NCBI GenBank assembly: GCA_964360965.1
Contig: CAYHYM010000001.1
Coordinates: forward strand, 52,266 to 84,265
DNA length: 32,000 nucleotides
Direction: 5' to 3'
From: an uncultured Gammaproteobacteria bacterium
GTDB lineage: Bacteria > Patescibacteriota > Microgenomatia > Daviesbacterales > UBA10151
Position numbers and translations under genes: made by a program. Shown piece by piece: positions 28,848-32,000 of the stretch. The notes under the pieces are model-generated. The model ran no database searches and was not told the origin of the DNA. It saw only the letters and a list, made by a program, of their open reading frames with translations. How positions within the stretch are numbered: the stretch's first letter is position 1; every line of letters starts with the position of its first letter.

Positions 28848-29765
28848 ATGATAAAAGCACCACCAACACCAAAAGGATTTAGAGATATTACTCCTGAGCT
28901 TGCAAATAGAAGGAGAGAAGTTATTGGTAAAATTGTGGCTGTTTTGGAAGAATTTGAATTTGTTCCTATTGAAACTCCTACCATAGAGTTTGCAGAAACG
29001 CTGGAGGGAAAATATGGAGAGGAAGAAAGGCTGATTTACAAATTTGAAGACAGAGGCGGCAGAAAACTGGCTTTACGCTATGATCTCACCGTGCCGCTGG
29101 CTCGTTATGTGGCAACTTACAATCCCCCACTTCCATTCCGCAGATATCAAATAGGCCAGGTTTTTAGGGGTGAAAATCCTCAAAAAGGTAGATGGAGAGA
29201 ATTTACCCAACTTGATTTTGATAGTGTGGGATTAACTGAAGAGAAGGACTCAACTTTTGAAGAAGATGCCAGAATTATTGCGGCCGCACTGAAAGCCGTG
29301 AGAAATGTGGGTTTAACGAATGCAAAGATGGCTATTAACGATCGTAGTAACTTTGCAGGCATCCCGCCTGAAGTCATCAGGGCGTTTGACAAATTAAAGA
29401 AAATTAGCATTAAAGGAGTTGAAGCAGAAGTATTAAAAAACAATTATTCCAAGGCAGATTTTGAGAGATTCAAATCTATGTTTACCCTTGGTAAAAAAGC
29501 AACACTTACTAAGCTATTTAGAATTCTTACAAACAAATACCAATTAAAAGAGGATAGAGATTTCCTATTTGATCCAACTCTTGCCAGAGGGCTTGATTAT
29601 TACACTAGCACAATTATTGAAATGTATGTACCAGAGTATGACAACTTATCCATTGGTGGAGGCGGCAGGTATGATAATTTAATTGGGATGTTCGGTAAAA
29701 AAGATATCCCAGCAGTTGGATTTTCCTTTGGCCTTGAACGACTGATAGATTCCTTGTATCCTTAA
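28848..29765 (+). CDS. histidyl-tRNA synthetase-like protein, catalytic core only (no anticodon-binding domain)
   Basis: PKGFRDITP, LRYDLTVPLARY, FRRYQIGQVFRGENPQKGRWREFTQLDFD (motif 2), RGLDYYT, GGGRYDNLIGMF...PAVGFSFGLERL (motif 3). The ORF stops 9 codons after GLERL, and the next gene starts at 29770. Confidence 0.8.
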   Translation: MIKAPPTPKGFRDITPELANRRREVIGKIVAVLEEFEFVPIETPTIEFAETLEGKYGEEERLIYKFEDRGGRKLALRYDLTVPLARYVATYNPPLPFRRYQIGQVFRGENPQKGRWREFTQLDFDSVGLTEEKDSTFEEDARIIAAALKAVRNVGLTNAKMAINDRSNFAGIPPEVIRAFDKLKKISIKGVEAEVLKNNYSKADFERFKSMFTLGKKATLTKLFRILTNKYQLKEDRDFLFDPTLARGLDYYTSTIIEMYVPEYDNLSIGGGGRYDNLIGMFGKKDIPAVGFSFGLERLIDSLYP

Positions 29766-29769
29766 AGTA

Positions 29770-30705
29770 GTGTCATCTCAAATCCTATCCAAACCTCTAC
29801 CCTACCTGGCCTTAATCCTGGCCCATCTTATTTGGGGGGCCAATTTTGTGGTGGCCAAAATTACTTTGCAGGAATTTCCACCCTCCTCTTTGGCCTTCTT
29901 AAGGTTTGCCCTGGCTTCACTTTTTTTAGTACCATTTTTTTTAGCACAAACCAAAATTGTCAAAATTGACAAAAAAGACCTGCCAAAGCTGATAGGTATC
30001 GGGATTTTGATCGTTACCTTAAACATCAGCTTCTTTTTTGAGGGAATAAAAAGAACCACAGCCATTAATGCCTCAATCCTCACCCTGATCATACCTATGC
30101 TGTCAGTACTTTTGGGCTGGTGGTTTTTAAAAGAAAAGGTTTATCTTATTAATCTTTTGGGAGTTTTATTGGGACTTTTGGGAGCGGCAGTCACACTGGG
30201 GCTGATGCAAATAATAACTGGCGGTTTTTCTTCTGAAGTATTTTTGGGAAACATACTTATTATCCTGGCTTCCATATCCTGGGTGGCAGGAGCAGTGCTG
30301 TCCCGTCAAATGCTTAAAAAATATCCATCCATGATTGTTACAGCCATTGCCTTTTTGGTGGGAACTGTCACATTGGCTCTGCCGGCAGCCAAAGAATATT
30401 TTCAAAACCCTGCCTGGGTAAATCAAGTCACCTTCCTGGGGTTTGTGGGACTTTTTTATATGACTATTCTTTCCTCTATCTCTGCCTATTTTTTGTTTGA
30501 GTGGGGACTGGCCAAAACATCAGTAGCTGTGGCTGATCTTTTTCAATACATAGAACCTGCGCTGGCCTCGATTTTGGCAGTATTGATATTATCGGAACAA
30601 ATATCCTGGCAGTTTGTCATTGGAGCAATCCTGATTGCCATTGGGGTATATTTGGGCACGCTGGCCAAAGAAATCCACCACAGACACAAAACCCATAGAG
30701 GTTAA
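29770..30705 (+). CDS. EamA-family (DMT superfamily) transporter
   Basis: 311 aa with a GTG start and 10 predicted TM segments. LAHLIWGANFVVAK is typical of EamA domains. Confidence 0.8.
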   Translation: MSSQILSKPLPYLALILAHLIWGANFVVAKITLQEFPPSSLAFLRFALASLFLVPFFLAQTKIVKIDKKDLPKLIGIGILIVTLNISFFFEGIKRTTAINASILTLIIPMLSVLLGWWFLKEKVYLINLLGVLLGLLGAAVTLGLMQIITGGFSSEVFLGNILIILASISWVAGAVLSRQMLKKYPSMIVTAIAFLVGTVTLALPAAKEYFQNPAWVNQVTFLGFVGLFYMTILSSISAYFLFEWGLAKTSVAVADLFQYIEPALASILAVLILSEQISWQFVIGAILIAIGVYLGTLAKEIHHRHKTHRG

Positions 30706-30742
30706 TTTGAACTTAAAATGATAATCTGTTATCATATATTAC

Positions 30743-31063
30743 ATGAAACAGGGAATTCATCCTGCCTGGTATCCGGAGGCCAAAATTAGTTGTGCCTGTG
30801 GGAATACATTTATAACTGGTTCAACTCTACCGGAAATCAGAATGGATATCTGTAGCCAGTGCCATCCTCTTTTTACCGGTCAGGCCAAGTTTGTTGATTC
30901 TTTAGGACAAGTTGAAAGGTTTCAAAAAAAAGTGGCAGTTTCAAAGGTGAAAAAAGTTGAGAGGCAAAAAGTTATGGAAGCAAGAAGATCAAAAATAGAA
31001 CAAAAAACCAAAGAGAGACCCTCCTTAAAAGACTTACTCATGCAAGCCCGCAAACAAATATGA
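30743..31063 (+). CDS. rpmE: 50S ribosomal protein L31 with a roughly 36-aa basic C-terminal extension
   Basis: [23 protein letters not shown]...[28 protein letters not shown] is canonical L31 with the CxxC...CxxC zinc type. Extension: [43 protein letters not shown]. Confidence 0.9.
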   Translation: MKQGIHPAWYPEAKISCACGNTFITGSTLPEIRMDICSQCHPLFTGQAKFVDSLGQVERFQKKVAVSKVKKVERQKVMEARRSKIEQKTKERPSLKDLLMQARKQI

Positions 31064-31797
31064 ACGACGAGTGTATTTTAGAAATCCGGTCTGCTGCAGG
31101 TGGTGATGAAGCAGGTATTTTTGCTTCTGATTTGACAAGGATGTATACCAAATTTGCTCAAAAAAAGGGTTGGAGGATAGAAGAGTTAAATAGGTCAAAA
31201 GGAAACTTAAATCAAATCAAAGAAATTGTACTCAAAATTGAAGGAAAAGACTGTTTTGACATTTTAAAGTACGAATACGGTGTGCACAGAGTACAAAGAG
31301 TACCCATTACTGAATCTGGTGGTAGAATTCATACCTCAACTGCCACTGTGGCAGTACTGCCGAAAGTTTCAGAAAAACAAATTACACTCAACCCAACAGA
31401 TATAGAATTTGAAGCTTTTAGATCAAGCGGGGCCGGAGGACAAAATGTTAATAAAGTATCAACTGCCGTAAGACTGCGGCATGTTCCCACGGGTATTATT
31501 GTCACTTCGCAAACTCAGAGGTCACAATTGCAAAATAGAGAAAACGCTTTTGAGCTGCTTCGATCCAAGCTTTGGGAAATGGAACAGCAAAAAATATCTG
31601 GCGACATTGGCGCTCAAAGAGCCGCCCAGGTTGGAAGCGGTGAAAGATCTGAGAAAATCAGAACATATAATTTTCACCAAAACAGAATAACTGATCACAG
31701 GATTTCCAAATCCTGGCATAACTTGGAAAAAATTCTAGAAGGAGATTTGGATCCCATTATCACGTCATTGAACCATATTAATTCTCAATCAAGCTAA
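31060..31797 (+). CDS. prfA: peptide chain release factor 1-like, lacking N-terminal domain 1
   Basis: [35 protein letters not shown] (P-x-T type tripeptide), [20 protein letters not shown] (GGQ). 245 aa against the roughly 355-360 I recall for RF1. The start overlaps the L31 stop (ATGA). Confidence 0.85.
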   Translation: MNDECILEIRSAAGGDEAGIFASDLTRMYTKFAQKKGWRIEELNRSKGNLNQIKEIVLKIEGKDCFDILKYEYGVHRVQRVPITESGGRIHTSTATVAVLPKVSEKQITLNPTDIEFEAFRSSGAGGQNVNKVSTAVRLRHVPTGIIVTSQTQRSQLQNRENAFELLRSKLWEMEQQKISGDIGAQRAAQVGSGERSEKIRTYNFHQNRITDHRISKSWHNLEKILEGDLDPIITSLNHINSQSS

Positions 31798-31799
31798 TA

Positions 31800-32000
31800 T
31801 TATTCATTAGGTAATTCTGATATTGTTGCTGATAAGCTAACCTCTTTTCTATCCCTCCAAATTTTAAGCTCAACTTTTGAACCTATGGAAGTTTTAGAAA
31901 TTATTTCTCCTAATTTTCCTTCCTCATTAATTGACTCCCCATTTATCTTGATGATAATATCTCCTTCCAAAACTCCTGCCTTTTGAGCAGGCCCCCCCTC
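31800..32000 (-). CDS. C-terminal PDZ domain of an HtrA/DegP-like serine protease (partial, runs off the window)
   Basis: My translation of the minus strand is EGGPAQKAGVLEGDIIIKINGESINEEGKLGEIISKTSIGSKVELKIWRDRKEVSLSATISELPNE, with the stop at 31800-31802. Not in the ORF track because it is truncated. Confidence 0.55.
   Translation of the reverse strand, partial: EGGPAQKAGVLEGDIIIKINGESINEEGKLGEIISKTSIGSKVELKIWRDRKEVSLSATISELPNE

Overview
AT-rich, tightly packed bacterial DNA with small proteins, short intergenic gaps and several ATGA start/stop overlaps. The gene content and the GC-rich hairpin repeats suggest an uncultivated reduced-genome bacterium of the CPR/Patescibacteria type; this is inference only. 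Two housekeeping blocks flank an accessory block. Block 1 (1-10.9 kb) holds a TPR protein, a LytR_C membrane protein, a small Cys-rich protein, a Kef-type antiporter with an RCK domain and an RluA pseudouridine synthase. It also holds a receiver-only response regulator with a GAF histidine kinase, a YrdC/Sua5-like protein, a DksA/TraR zinc finger, Lgt, a DUF457-like membrane protein, EF-P and tRNA-Leu(CAA). Block 3 (23.4-32 kb) holds an unknown gene, DnaB, an MBL-fold hydrolase, two exported proteins and a sugar-phosphate nucleotidyltransferase. It also holds a catalytic-core-only HisRS-like protein, an EamA transporter, L31 with a long tail, an RF1 lacking domain 1, and the PDZ tail of an HtrA-like protease. 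Block 2 (10.9-23.4 kb) is bracketed by a 60-nt inverted repeat (10878-10937 / 23358-23417) that begins 10 nt after tRNA-Leu. It holds about 17 ORFs, most with no family I can name. The recognisable ones are a RelB/YafQ toxin-antitoxin pair, a second TA-like pair, a NYN RNase-like protein, two SAM-methyltransferase-like proteins and an orphan FabD-like acyltransferase. I see no integrase, transposase, CRISPR array or phage structural gene. Short GC-rich hairpin elements (REP/RPE-like) occur across the window in intergenic DNA and, more unusually, in frame inside coding regions. Many first-in-operon genes have a -10 box only 6-9 nt upstream of the start codon, which is leaderless-like geometry. 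All coordinates, alignments and identity counts were made by hand from the sequence.
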